NCBI GenBank assembly: GCA_032718475.1
Contig: JAUCBJ010003054.1
Coordinates: 1 to 42,834 of the forward strand
Source of the DNA: Nemertoderma westbladi
Taxonomy: Eukaryota; Animalia; Xenacoelomorpha
Direction: 5' to 3'
DNA length: 42,834 bases
Shown here in pieces: positions 11,980 through 25,200 of this stretch (its first letter is position 1; each line of letters starts with the position of its first letter). The position numbers and the translations under genes were made by a program. The notes beneath the pieces were generated by a model. That model was not told the origin of the DNA and made no database searches. It was given only the letters and a program-made list of their open reading frames with translations.

Positions 11980-13700
11980 TTAATAAAGCAAAAGAATTAG
12001 AGCTTTTATATTGGGTTGAAAATAATGTATACACAGAAGTTGAGGAAATTCCTACAGGAGCAAATACTGTGCATACGCGATGGGTCATTACCGATAAGGA
12101 AATTGATAGTGTTGTTTTTAATACAGCTCGATTAGTTGTTAAAGGATTTCAGGCTAAAGAAGACCCTGTATCTTTCTCCCTGTTGTGGCGACTAAAATAT
12201 AGTTTATAGGCGGCAATCACGGTCCAATATTATTAAAAGGCGGCAAAAGGTTAAGACAAGGTATAAACCAGTAAACGGTAACATAAATCGATAGGCCACA
12301 GGCAGACAAGTGACAAGATACCACATAGTCCATATACAGAATGATATTAGATCAGTACCGGTAACAAAGTATATAGGAATAGGCATACAATATAACATAC
12401 AAGATAATATACAGTATATCTAAGAGTTAGTCCGATGTCATGGCAGGCACAGTATAATAATACATAGTATGAGTCACAACACTCCCTACTTACTTGTGAT
12501 CGATCTTCAATTCGCGTCTTATTGTCTATGGCATCACTTTTAAACTGGGATATATGGATAATTGATATAAAGACAGCCTTTCTACAAAGTGATAATTTCA
12601 ATAATAAAAGGGTTGTGTATGTATTACCTCCAGAATATTTAAGGAATAAGAACTCGAATATGTATTGTAAATTAAATAAAGCAGTATATGGCTTACAAGA
12701 TGCTTGTAGACATTGGTATTTAAAATTGCAGAATGAACTTATTAAGCTTGGTAATATACAGAATCAGTTTGATCCTGCTATGTACACTCATTACAACACT
12801 GTTACAAGCAAACTAGATGGGATAATTGTTACCCATGTTGATGATCTCCTTTTTGAGGGAGTCGATGGAATACCAAATCCCCGTGAAGGTTTATCTGAGT
12901 TGCTAGAGGTAGGAAAGAGTCAAAAAGTTGGTAGTAAATGGATGAAGTTTTTGGGAATTTATATCAGTAAATTAGATGATGGTGCTTATGAAAAATCTCA
13001 GGAAAAATATATTCAAGAAATTTGCATTCTGAGATTTTGATTCCAATTATATCTCAGATTCTGCGTATAAGGCAAATTTCAAGTCAACATTAGGGAAGCT
13101 GATGTGGCTTACTATTAATACCCGACCCGTCCTGATATTGGATATACAGTTGGCAGTCTTTCTCGGATTGTTAATCCAAGTATGGAAGATGTAATATTAT
13201 TGAACAAGACAGTTAGAAAAATTAAGGTGGATAAAATAACCTTAAAATATTCCAGAAATGAAACTTGCTTACAATATTATCCTGATATTCACACCTTTGT
13301 TAATTCTTCCTTTGGAAACCCTTCTAGATTGGCCTTATTTGTGTTTTGGGGCCGTTACTTGATTTATTGGTCTAGCCGTTGCTCTAAACGTGTAAATAAA
13401 AGCGCCTTATCTGCAGAAACGTTTGTATTTGTAGAAGGTGTAGTAGACATGGGCCGCTATGTACAACTATTCTTCAATTCAATATTTAAGGAGTCAGTTG
13501 ATTGTCGATTTTATTCTGATCATAAAGGTTTGGTTCAGGATTTATTTAATGGCAAGGCGCCATTGGATAAAAGATTGGCAATTGATTTTGCATTTATTAA
13601 AGAAATTATTGTGGATATTACTGATTGAAAGTGGATCTCAACTAAACTTCAAACGCTCCGACGAAGCCTCGAAGTTCATCAATCAATGCCTATGCTGAGA
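11980..13700 (+). pseudogene. Copia reverse transcriptase and RNase H, interrupted by a solo LTR and stops
   Basis: KAKELELLYWVENNVYTEV, TRWVITDK, ARLVVKGFQ, DIKTAFLQ, LNKAVYGLQDACRHWY, THVDDLLF (ORF 12522-13040). RNase H motifs IYWSSR..RV.KSALSAE, YSDHKGL, KRLAIDFAFIKE (ORF 13182-13628), WISTKLQ. Confidence 0.9.
12181..12481. mobile_element. Solo LTR (301 bp) of a second LTR retrotransposon, 5-bp TSD
   Basis: Starts TGTTGTG and ends CACAACA (7-bp terminal inverted repeat). TSD CTCCC at 12176-12180 and 12482-12486. Removing it restores the copia RT frame KGFQAKEDPVSFSLLTCDRSSIRVLLSMAS. Confidence 0.9.
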
Positions 13701-13762
13701 GCCATACTTGTGGATCCACTCTTGATATATAAACTTATTAAACAAATTAATGGATAATAATA

Positions 13763-16700
13763 GACACCACACTATATTAAAGACACCACACTATATTAAA
13801 GACACAACACTATATTAAAGACACAACACTATATTAAAAACACCACACTATATTAAAGACACAAAACACTATATTAAAAACACCACACTATATTAAAGAC
13901 ACAACGATATATTAAAGACACCACACTATATTAAAAACACCACACTATATTAAAAACACCACACTATATTAAAGACACCACACTATATTAAAGACACCAC
14001 ACTATATTAAAGACACAACACTATATTAAAGACACAACACTACATTAAAGACACAACACTATATTAAAAACACCACACTATATTAAAAACACCACACTAT
14101 ATTAAAAACACCACACTATATTAAAAACACCACACTATATTAAAAACACCACACTATATTAAAGACACAACACTATATTAAAAACACCACACTATATTAA
14201 AAACACCACACTATATTAAAAACACCACACTATATTAAAAACACCACACTATATTAAAAACACCACACTATATTAAAAACACCACACTATATTAAAGACA
14301 CAACACTATATTAAAAACACCACACTATATTAAAAACACCACACTATATTAAAAACACCACACTAGATTAAAAACACCACACTATATTAAAGACACCACA
14401 CTATATTAAAAACACCACACTATATTAAAAACACCACACTATATTAAAAACACCACACTAGATTAAAAACACCACACTATATTAAAGACACCACACTATA
14501 TTAAAAACACCACACTATATTAAAAACACCACACTATATTAAAGACACCACACTATATTAAAAACACCACACTATATTAAAAACACCACACTATATTAAA
14601 AACACCACACTATATTAAAAACACCACACTATATTAAAAACACCACACTATATTAAAGACACAACACTATATTAAAAACACCACACTATATTAAAAACAC
14701 CACACTATATTAAAAACACCACACTATATTAAAGACACAACACTATATTAAAAACACCACACTATATTAAAAACACCACACTATATTAAAAACACCACAC
14801 TAGATTAAAAACACCACACTATATTAAAGACACCACACTATATTAAAAACACCACACTATATTAAAAACACCACACTATATTAAAAACACCACACTAGAT
14901 TAAAAACACCACACTATATTAAAGACACCACACTATATTAAAAACACCACACTATATTATAAACACCACACTATATTAAAAACACCACACTATATTAAAA
15001 ACACCACACTATATTAAAGACACCACACTATATTAAAGACACCACACTATATTAAAAACACCACACTATATTAAAAACACCACACTATATTAAAGACACC
15101 ACACTATATTAAAAACACCACACTATATTAAAGACACCACACTATATTAAAAACACCACACTATATTAAAGACACCACACTATATTAAAGACACCACACT
15201 ATATTAAAAACACCACACTATATTAAAGACACCACACTATATTAAAGACACCACACTATATTAAAAACACCACACTATATTAAAAACACCACACTATATT
15301 AAAGACACCACACTATATTAAAAACACCACACTATATTAAAGACACCACACTATATTAAAGACCCCACACTATATTAAAGACCCCACACTATATTAAAGA
15401 CACCACACTATATTAAAGACACCACACTATATTAAAGACACAACACTATATTAAAGACACCACACTATATTAAAGACACCACACTATATTAAAAACACCA
15501 CACTATATTAAAAACACCACACTATATTAAAAACACCACACTATATTAAAAACACCACACTATATTAAAGACACCACACTATATTAAAGACACCACACTA
15601 TATTAAAGACACCACACTATATTAAAGACCCCACACTATATTAAAGACACCACACTATATTAAAGACACCACACTATATTAAAGACACAACACTATATTA
15701 AAGACACCACACTATATTAAAGACACCACACTATATTAAAAACACCACACTATATTAAAGACCCCACACTATATTAAAGACACCACACTATATTAAAAAC
15801 ACCACACTATATTAAAAACACCACACTATATTAAAAACACCACACTATATTAAAGACACCACACTATATTAAAGACACCACACTATATTAAAAACACCAC
15901 ACTATATTAAAGACACAACACTATATTAAAGACACCACACTATATTAAAAACACCACACTATATTAAAAACACCACACTATATTAAAAACACCACACTAT
16001 ATTAAAAACACCACACTATATTAAAGACACCACACTATATTAAAGACACCACACTATATTAAAGACACCACACTATATTAAAGACACCACACTATATTAA
16101 AAACACCACACTATATTAAAAACACCACACTATATTAAAAACACCACACTATATTAAAAACACCACACTATATTAAAGACACCACACTATATTAAAGACA
16201 CCACACTATATTAAAGACACCACACTATATTAAAGACACCACACTATATTAAAGACCCCACACTATATTAAAGACACCACACTATATTAAAGACACCACA
16301 CTATATTAAAGACACAACACTATATTAAAGACCCCACACTATATTAAAAACACCACACTATATTAAAAACACCACACTATATTAAAAACACCACACTATA
16401 TTAAAAACACCACACTATATTAAAGACCCCACACTATATTAAAGACCCCACACTATATTAAAGACCCCACACTATATTAAAGACCCCACACTATATTAAA
16501 GACACCACACTATATTAAAGACCCCACACTATATTAAAGACACAACACTATATTAAAAACACCACACTATATTAAAGACACCACACTATATTAAAGACAC
16601 CACACTATATTAAAGACACCACACTATATTAAAGACACCACACTATATTAAAGACCCCACACTATATTAAAAACACCACACTATATTAAAGACACCACAC

Positions 16701-19700
16701 TATATTAAAGACACCACACTATATTAAAGACACCACACTATATTAAAGACACAACACTATATTAAAGACACAACACTATATTAAAGACACCACACTATAT
16801 TAAAGACCCCACACTATATTAAAAACACCACACTATATTAAAGACACCACACTATATTAAAGACACCACACTATATTAAAGACACCACACTATATTAAAG
16901 ACACAACACTATATTAAAGACACAACACTATATTAAAGACACAACACTATATTAAAGACACCACACTATATTAAAGACACAACACTATATTAAAGACCCC
17001 ACACTATATTAAAAACACCACACTATATTAAAAACACCACACTATATTAAAAACACCACACTATATTAAAAACACCACACTATATTAAAGACACCACACT
17101 ATATTAAAGACCCCACACTATATTAAAGACACCACACTATATTAAAGACACCACACTATATTAAAGACACAACACTATATTAAAGACACAACACTATATT
17201 AAAGACACCACACTATATTAAAGACACCACACTATATTAAAGACACCACACTATATTAAAGACACCACACTATATTAAAGACACAACACTATATTAAAGA
17301 CACCACACTATATTAAAAACACCACACTATATTAAAGACACCACACTATATTAAAGACACCACACTATATTAAAGACCCCACACTATATTAAAGACACCA
17401 CACTATATTAAAGACACCACACTATATTAAAGACACAACACTATATTAAAGACACCACACTATATTAAAGACACCACACTATATTAAAAACACCACACTA
17501 TATTAAAGACCCCACACTATATTAAAGACACCACACTATATTAAAAACACCACACTATATTAAAAACACCACACTATATTAAAAACACCACACTATATTA
17601 AAGACACCACACTATATTAAAGACACCACACTATATTAAAAACACCACACTATATTAAAGACACAACACTATATTAAAGACACCACACTATATTAAAAAC
17701 ACCACACTATATTAAAAACACCACACTATATTAAAAACACCACACTATATTAAAAACACCACACTATATTAAAGACACCACACTATATTAAAGACACCAC
17801 ACTATATTAAAGACACCACACTATATTAAAGACACCACACTATATTAAAAACACCACACTATATTAAAAACACCACACTATATTAAAAACACCACACTAT
17901 ATTAAAAACACCACACTATATTAAAGACACCACACTATATTAAAGACACCACACTATATTAAAGACACCACACTATATTAAAGACACCACACTATATTAA
18001 AGACCCCACACTATATTAAAGACACCACACTATATTAAAGACACCACACTATATTAAAGACACAACACTATATTAAAGACCCCACACTATATTAAAAACA
18101 CCACACTATATTAAAAACACCACACTATATTAAAAACACCACACTATATTAAAAACACCACACTATATTAAAGACCCCACACTATATTAAAGACCCCACA
18201 CTATATTAAAGACCCCACACTATATTAAAGACCCCACACTATATTAAAGACACCACACTATATTAAAGACCCCACACTATATTAAAGACACAACACTATA
18301 TTAAAAACACCACACTATATTAAAGACACCACACTATATTAAAGACACCACACTATATTAAAGACACCACACTATATTAAAGACACCACACTATATTAAA
18401 GACCCCACACTATATTAAAAACACCACACTATATTAAAGACACCACACTATATTAAAGACACCACACTATATTAAAGACACCACACTATATTAAAGACAC
18501 AACACTATATTAAAGACACAACACTATATTAAAGACACCACACTATATTAAAGACCCCACACTATATTAAAAACACCACACTATATTAAAGACACCACAC
18601 TATATTAAAGACACCACACTATATTAAAGACACCACACTATATTAAAGACACAACACTATATTAAAGACACAACACTATATTAAAGACACAACACTATAT
18701 TAAAGACACCACACTATATTAAAGACACAACACTATATTAAAGACCCCACACTATATTAAAAACACCACACTATATTAAAAACACCACACTATATTAAAA
18801 ACACCACACTATATTAAAAACACCACACTATATTAAAGACACCACACTATATTAAAGACCCCACACTATATTAAAGACACCACACTATATTAAAGACACC
18901 ACACTATATTAAAGACACAACACTATATTAAAGACACAACACTATATTAAAGACACCACACTATATTAAAGACACCACACTATATTAAAGACACCACACT
19001 ATATTAAAGACACCACACTATATTAAAGACACAACACTATATTAAAGACACCACACTATATTAAAAACACCACACTATATTAAAGACACCACACTATATT
19101 AAAGACACAACACTATATTAAAGACACCACACTATATTAAAGACACAACACTATATTAAAGACACCACACTATATTAAAGACACCACACTATATTAAAAA
19201 CACCACACTAGATTAAAAACACCACACTATATTAAAGACACCACACTATATTAAAGACCCCACACTATATTAAAGACACCACACTATATTAAAGACACCA
19301 CACTATATTAAAGACACAACACTATATTAAAGACACAACACTATATTAAAGACACCACACTATATTAAAGACACCACACTATATTAAAGACACCACACTA
19401 TATTAAAGACACAACACTATATTAAAGACACCACACTATATTAAAGACACCACACTATATTAAAGACACAACACTATATTAAAGACACAACACTATATTA
19501 AAGACACCACACTATATTAAAGACACCACACTATATTAAAGACACCACACTATATTAAAGACACCACACTATATTAAAGACACAACACTATATTAAAGAC
19601 ACCACACTATATTAAAGACACCACACTATATTAAAGACACCACACTATATTAAAGACACCACACTATATTAAAGACACCACACTATATTAAAGACACCAC

Positions 19701-19880
19701 ACTATATTAAAGACACAACACTATATTAAAGACACCACACTATATTAAAAACACCACACTATATTAAAGACACCACACTATATTAAAGACACAACACTAT
19801 ATTAAAGACACCACACTATATTAAAAACACCACACTATATTAAAGACACCACACTATATTAAAAACACCACACTATATTA
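13763..19880. repeat. 19-bp tandem satellite, ~320 copies: (G/A)ACACCACACTATATTAAA
   Basis: A 19-bp period is directly visible over ~6.1 kb. Variants are limited to G/A at one site, ACACC/ACACA/ACCCC and rare TAG for TAT. Confidence 0.98.
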
Positions 19881-19987
19881 TTGACTGTAATTTGATTTTC
19901 ATTAGGACTTAATAGAATTGATTTACTTTGATGTTTGTTTCGTTACTGTAGTTGAATACTTTACTTAAAAATGTAAAAGGGGAAGAT

Positions 19988-20134
19988 TGTTATTGTTGTT
20001 TCCGGTACGCTGTTAGAATGTTAACTGTTTCTGTCGTGTATCTGTATGTAGAACATATTATGGTATTCAGGTATTAGCAGTATTAAACTTACTGACTATC
20101 GTCAGTCAATCTGATTGTCAGTTATTACTTAACA
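19988..20134 (+). repeat. Putative 3' LTR (147 bp) of the copia element, preceded by a PPT
   Basis: AAAAGGGGAAGA-T-TGTTATTG...ACTTAACA, with TGTTA/TAACA termini and ATTAAA at ~20082. There is no second LTR in the window to confirm it. Confidence 0.65.
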
Positions 20135-20460
20135 AAGGCTTAAAATTTTCTGGATCATCTATGTCCCTCTAATTGAGATTTGCAATCTGAAAAAGTTCTA
20201 TTAATGCCATGTTCCATTCTTGAGTTATATAGCCATGTAAGTAGTAGTGTCTCACAGTCACATTTTGTTTTAGATGAATACATACATAAATTAAGATGCA
20301 GATGGTTCAATACCCATCATATTTAACTGAAAGGCTGGTCAGGTCAGTGTTCTATGTTATTCATTCTGCTATTCTGCTATTCAGCACACTCAAAAAACCC
20401 AATCGAACATTTTGAACTTTAGCCTCCCTTCATTTTACAGAGATTTTCGACTCAAAAAAA

Positions 20461-20676
20461 TTCATCCCTCGCCTGGGGGAAATTGACGTAAATAACAGCT
20501 GATTACTTCCAAAAATGAAACTGTAACCTGTGCGATTGACATTCGTTTATATTCTTTCGGTTAGAATAGCATGCCACTGTAACCTGCTCCTTTCCTAAAA
20601 TTGATAAGTTAACATTGAGACAAGAAATAAATTCACCGAGAAGGGATTTATGTCCAGTTTCGCCCTCTGTCTCTCA
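20461..20676 (+). repeat. Dispersed ~200-230 bp repeat, copy 2
   Basis: TCATCCCTC..GGGGAAATT.GACG.AAATAACAGCTGATTACT...AAACTGTAACCTG...AACCTGCTCCTTTCC...CTGTCTCTCA is shared with 29119-29299. Confidence 0.8.
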
Positions 20677-21652
20677 CTTCATGGTTGAGATATAATATTT
20701 TCAACTGAGACTAGTTATTTAATTGATTTTATCTTTCAATCAGTTTTTCTCAGTTTGGACATTTTGTGAAAATTCCAGTACCAAATTTCTCCAAATGTGT
20801 TCGTCCGAATTGGTTGAAATTTTATGTACTGATTACTTAGTATGTCAAGATCTCGGTTCATATACCAACTAGAATATGCCATATTTCAGGTTTTTTTCAC
20901 TATTAAGGATAATGTAGAAAATTTCCACATTTTAGACAAGAAAGAAACAATTAAAAAAATAGAGAATATAATAGTCTGTGGTGTGAAAAATCAAACAAAA
21001 GTTAGTATCACTAAAAAATATCGAGCCACTTAAAAAAAGTTTTAGTTAAAGTTGAAAAAGCAAAAGCAAAAGCTGTTGTTGTATTTTACCTAGACGCTAC
21101 ACTGTCAACCAGACGCTACGCGTGTCACCAGGCCCGTGTCAGGAACTCCCTACCCTATGATATTTTAATTTGGAGTAAATATATATTGAGTCCAATAGAG
21201 TTATCGCGATATAATATAATACCATTTTATTTGAAAAATACGTTTATTCTCACTAACATTTTTAAAAATGAGTGATATAATCTAATGATACACTAATATT
21301 GCTTCAAGTGTCCTACTTGTGCAATTTTACATTGTTTAATACCTGACCAATTTACTGATTAAGGGCCATTGGCGCGAAATCCGGATGTAAGAATAATAAA
21401 AAATCAAACTAATCTGATTATTATTGAAAAAAAAGTTTTTCGCAAATTTTTCAGCATACAGTGAGTAAGATAGATGACTAAAATCTAACGGCTTTACGTA
21501 CTTGTACAAAATAATACTACATCGTAAACAGTGATAAAATTTGTGATTTTTTTTTTCCAATAAAACAATTTATCCGATATAAAAACAAACGTAATGGAAA
21601 AAGATATTTTTCACTAATGTTATGTTATTGGATAGTACTCCCCACAATTCCG

Positions 21653-21730
21653 GACTGAACTGAACCGAACTGAACCGAACTGAACCGAACTGGATCGAAA
21701 GTGTGGCGAACTGGACCGTACTGGACCGTC
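21653..21730. repeat. Short (GAACT/GAACC)n simple repeat
   Basis: ACTGAACTGAACCGAACTGAACCGAACTGAACCGAACTGG...GAACTGGACCGTACTGGACCG. Confidence 0.7.
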
Positions 21731-22258
21731 AAATGAAAATTAATCTAAAAACAATCAACCATGCAGACAAGTGAAAATAAATATTGAAATTAATGGTCAT
21801 TTTTATACATTGTACATTTAGTTGCGTTTAAAATATCGCCAAATTAAGATTACTTTCTTCTAACACAGCTGAGCTGCACTGCTTTTACCAATCTAACTGT
21901 CGCACGTCTGCATGTGTAGGCCTATATATTGCAATATTTTGTGCACCGGTCTGCCGGTAGTTGAGTATTAAGCCCCGTACCGGTATCTTTTTTATTAAGT
22001 TTCATTTCTGAATTTGTTACATAGGTTAGGCCTATATACAGTACTAGGCCTACTGTACTACGGCTTCCGGTACCGTCTATCGTTGCTGCATTGAACACAG
22101 CTACCGGTACGTAAAATACTGCAATCTATAAGCCCAGATACCTGCTACCGGTAGGCCTACTGGTAAAAGCAGTACAGCAGTGTTTTATGTGAAGCAAGTA
22201 ATTTTGAATCGCAAAACTAAAATGAGTGATAAACAGATGTTTACCACCTACGTATTAT

Positions 22259-25200
22259 TTATCGAATACTAGTTCTATATATGTTATTATTTTTTAGTAC
22301 ACGTTTTGTTTCTTCAAATTCTTCAATCTTTCCTTCACTCATCACTATTATCCTGTTGCAATTCACGATAGTATTAACCCTATGGGCTATTGTCAACACA
22401 GTTGCTTTAGAGAAACTATTTGAAATTATCTTCTGTATAATTCCATCTGTAAACTGATCAATGGATGATGTTGCCTCATCAATAAGCACAACTTTACAGT
22501 TTCGTAACATTGCTCTTGCTAAACAAACTAATTGCTTCTCCCCAACACTGAGGTTATTGCCACAGGTTTCAATTTTAAAATTCAAAACGTCGATATTTTC
22601 AATATTTTGTGTAATTGGACAATAACTCGGATCAAGTCTCAATTCTAGTGATGTTTTCAAATAAACATATTCTAGAGCTTTAATGATCTCTATACTGCCA
22701 AATTCATTGAAAGGATCTAAGTTGTAGCGCAAAGTACCTTGAAACAGAAAAGGATCCTGTGGAATGACCGCTATTGACTTCCGTAAATCATGTAAACCAA
22801 TTTCTGTTATATCAACATCATCTATCATGATTATTCCTTGAGGTTCTACAAGGCGAAGCAATACTGTAAACAACGAGGATTTACCAGCTCCTGTTCGTCC
22901 TACAATTCCTATTTTCTCAAAAGGCCGAGTTACAAAATTGATTCCATGCAACACCTCATTATCACCATATGTAAGTTTGACGTCTTTGAAAGAAATGACT
23001 CCAGTATTCGGCCAATCAATTGGTAATTTAACATCTGGATTGTAGAATGCTTTCTCTTGGTCAAGTTTTGCAAAATTAAGAATTCGCTCTACAGATGTTA
23101 AATTAATTTCTAGCTTAGCAGAAATTTGAATAAGGTTTACAACAACATTGACTAAGCCAAACACATACGATATTGCAATACATAAAATTTCTTTGGATAC
23201 AAAGCTATCCATGTAGAGAGTAATGATTAAAACAATTATACTATAAATAGCATAAGACATAGAAACTGATATAGCAAGCAGTGAGTGGATTTTATATACC
23301 ATATGCAATGATTCTGTATGTTTGTCCAAGTGGTTGAAAAAACTTTTCACATAAATTGCCTGAACATCGAATGCTTTTATGACATCCCGACCTTCTATTG
23401 TATCAGATGCATGTTGAAACACTGGAGTTCTAGCTGATCCTTCCAGAAGTTTAACTTGTTTAAGAGTCTTCATCAAATGCATTCGAATCGAAATAACTAT
23501 AATGATAATAGGAATAGATATCATTAAAGTCCAAGGGTTAGCTATTCCGGAAAGCAAAATAGCGAAAGAGCAACGGCATATATAATGCGCCATATCTGCA
23601 CATAAATCTGGGATAATGTTGTCTAATATTGCCAAGTCTTTAGAGAATCGGTTTAATATTCCTCCTGCAGAATTCTTATGGAAAAATGCCATTGGTGCAC
23701 ATGAGACCGTTTTGATAATTTTATTGTGTAAATTGTTTGATGCACCTAAGGTAATGGTATATACTGAGAACACACTGATCGTCCCCCAGAAAACATAAGA
23801 AAAAATTAGATAAGCATAAGCAAATACAATGTCAATCCAAATGCTCTCACTGATGAATTGTTTGATGATGTTGATATTACTACCATTGTGTGTGTTTTTT
23901 AATGATCCCAGCATTGCCCAGGTTGCCAAAAAATAGTCGGAGAGTGATATAAATATATATGCTAACATAAGTGTTAATATTAAAACTATAAGTCGGGGTA
24001 AATTCAAACCAGCTTTAATAAACTCTATAAAAGTTGAACTTGAGGATGCCATAATTTTTCTTTCTATAATTGCCTCGCGGGAATTATCTAATATGTTGCT
24101 GAATTTATTATCAACCTTCACTTCGTATTCATAATTATTGGTTAAATTATTATCTTCTTCAGATTTCGATGTATCTGAAGAGATGTCCATATTATTTTGA
24201 GTTAGATTGGCATCACTGGCATAAAGAGACACAATTATAGAATTTTCAGGGATAATTTGCAATAGGTGGGTAACCATAATTACGATTCCTCTTGATTGGC
24301 AGTGCTTCAAACAGTTATCAACTAAGTTCTTGGCCACTCGTCTGTCTACAGCTGAAAGAGGATCATCCATAAGATATATATTTGCTCTAGAATAAACCGC
24401 TCTCGCCATAGCAATGCGCAATTTCTGACCACCAGATAATGAAATACCCTTTTCTCCAACCAACGTATTATCCCCATCTTTAAAAATGAGTAGATCCATC
24501 GTTAAGCAGCTAAGTTCAATGACACGATCGTACCATTCTTGCTCAAACATTTGTCCCATTAAAATATTGTCTCGTACAGTTCCTGAGAATATGAATGGTG
24601 TCTGCGATACATAGGCCATCTTTCCATATTTTTCGATAGATCCAGTTTCTATGGGCAACTCACCTAATATTGCCTGTAGCAGACTAGACTTACCAGAACC
24701 AACTGGTCCTATTACGTATACTATTTCTCCGAAATAGGCTCTAAATGATATATTATGTGCTGTATTTTTGGTACACCATCGACCTGAAATATTTTCGACA
24801 TTTACAACAACATCTTTAGGATCTAATAAACAATATGCCATATTTCTATCTTTTGCACTTCTTTCTAATTCTTCAACAAAAAATAATTCGCAGCTAAAGC
24901 CTATAAATGCATTGATACGTTGAAACGAACACTGAAGTTCCCCGCATTCACGTACCGCTTTAGCAAAACCAATTAAACTGGAAATTAAACTTGACAAAAC
25001 GATATTTATTGTGAGAACTGTGATGATATTTAATTTAAACCCAATTGATGTGTATAGGACAAATACACAAAAAGTTACAATGTTGACGTAGAAAAACATG
25101 ATGACAGTATAGAATACTCGGCAAGATGTCATTGTATTAATTTGTGAGAATTCTTTAGTGCGGGCAATTTTTACAGCATCTTCAAATAATTTCTCCCAAC

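Larger units (their letters stand above)
9780..20134 (+). mobile_element. Ty1/copia LTR retrotransposon (GalEa-like), 5'-truncated, with nested insertions
   Basis: Domain order is INT-RT-RNaseH (copia order), then PPT AAAAGGGGAAGA (19975-19986) and a TGTTA...TAACA LTR. No gag or 5' LTR is recognisable. The clade is inferred from motif style (SPFSNG, WNGPAKV..V.HG, DIKTAFLQ). Confidence 0.8.

Noticed and set aside
13763-19880. CRISPR array or canonical telomere repeat
   Set aside because: Head-to-tail 19-mers with no spacers, interstitial and flanked by copia sequence.
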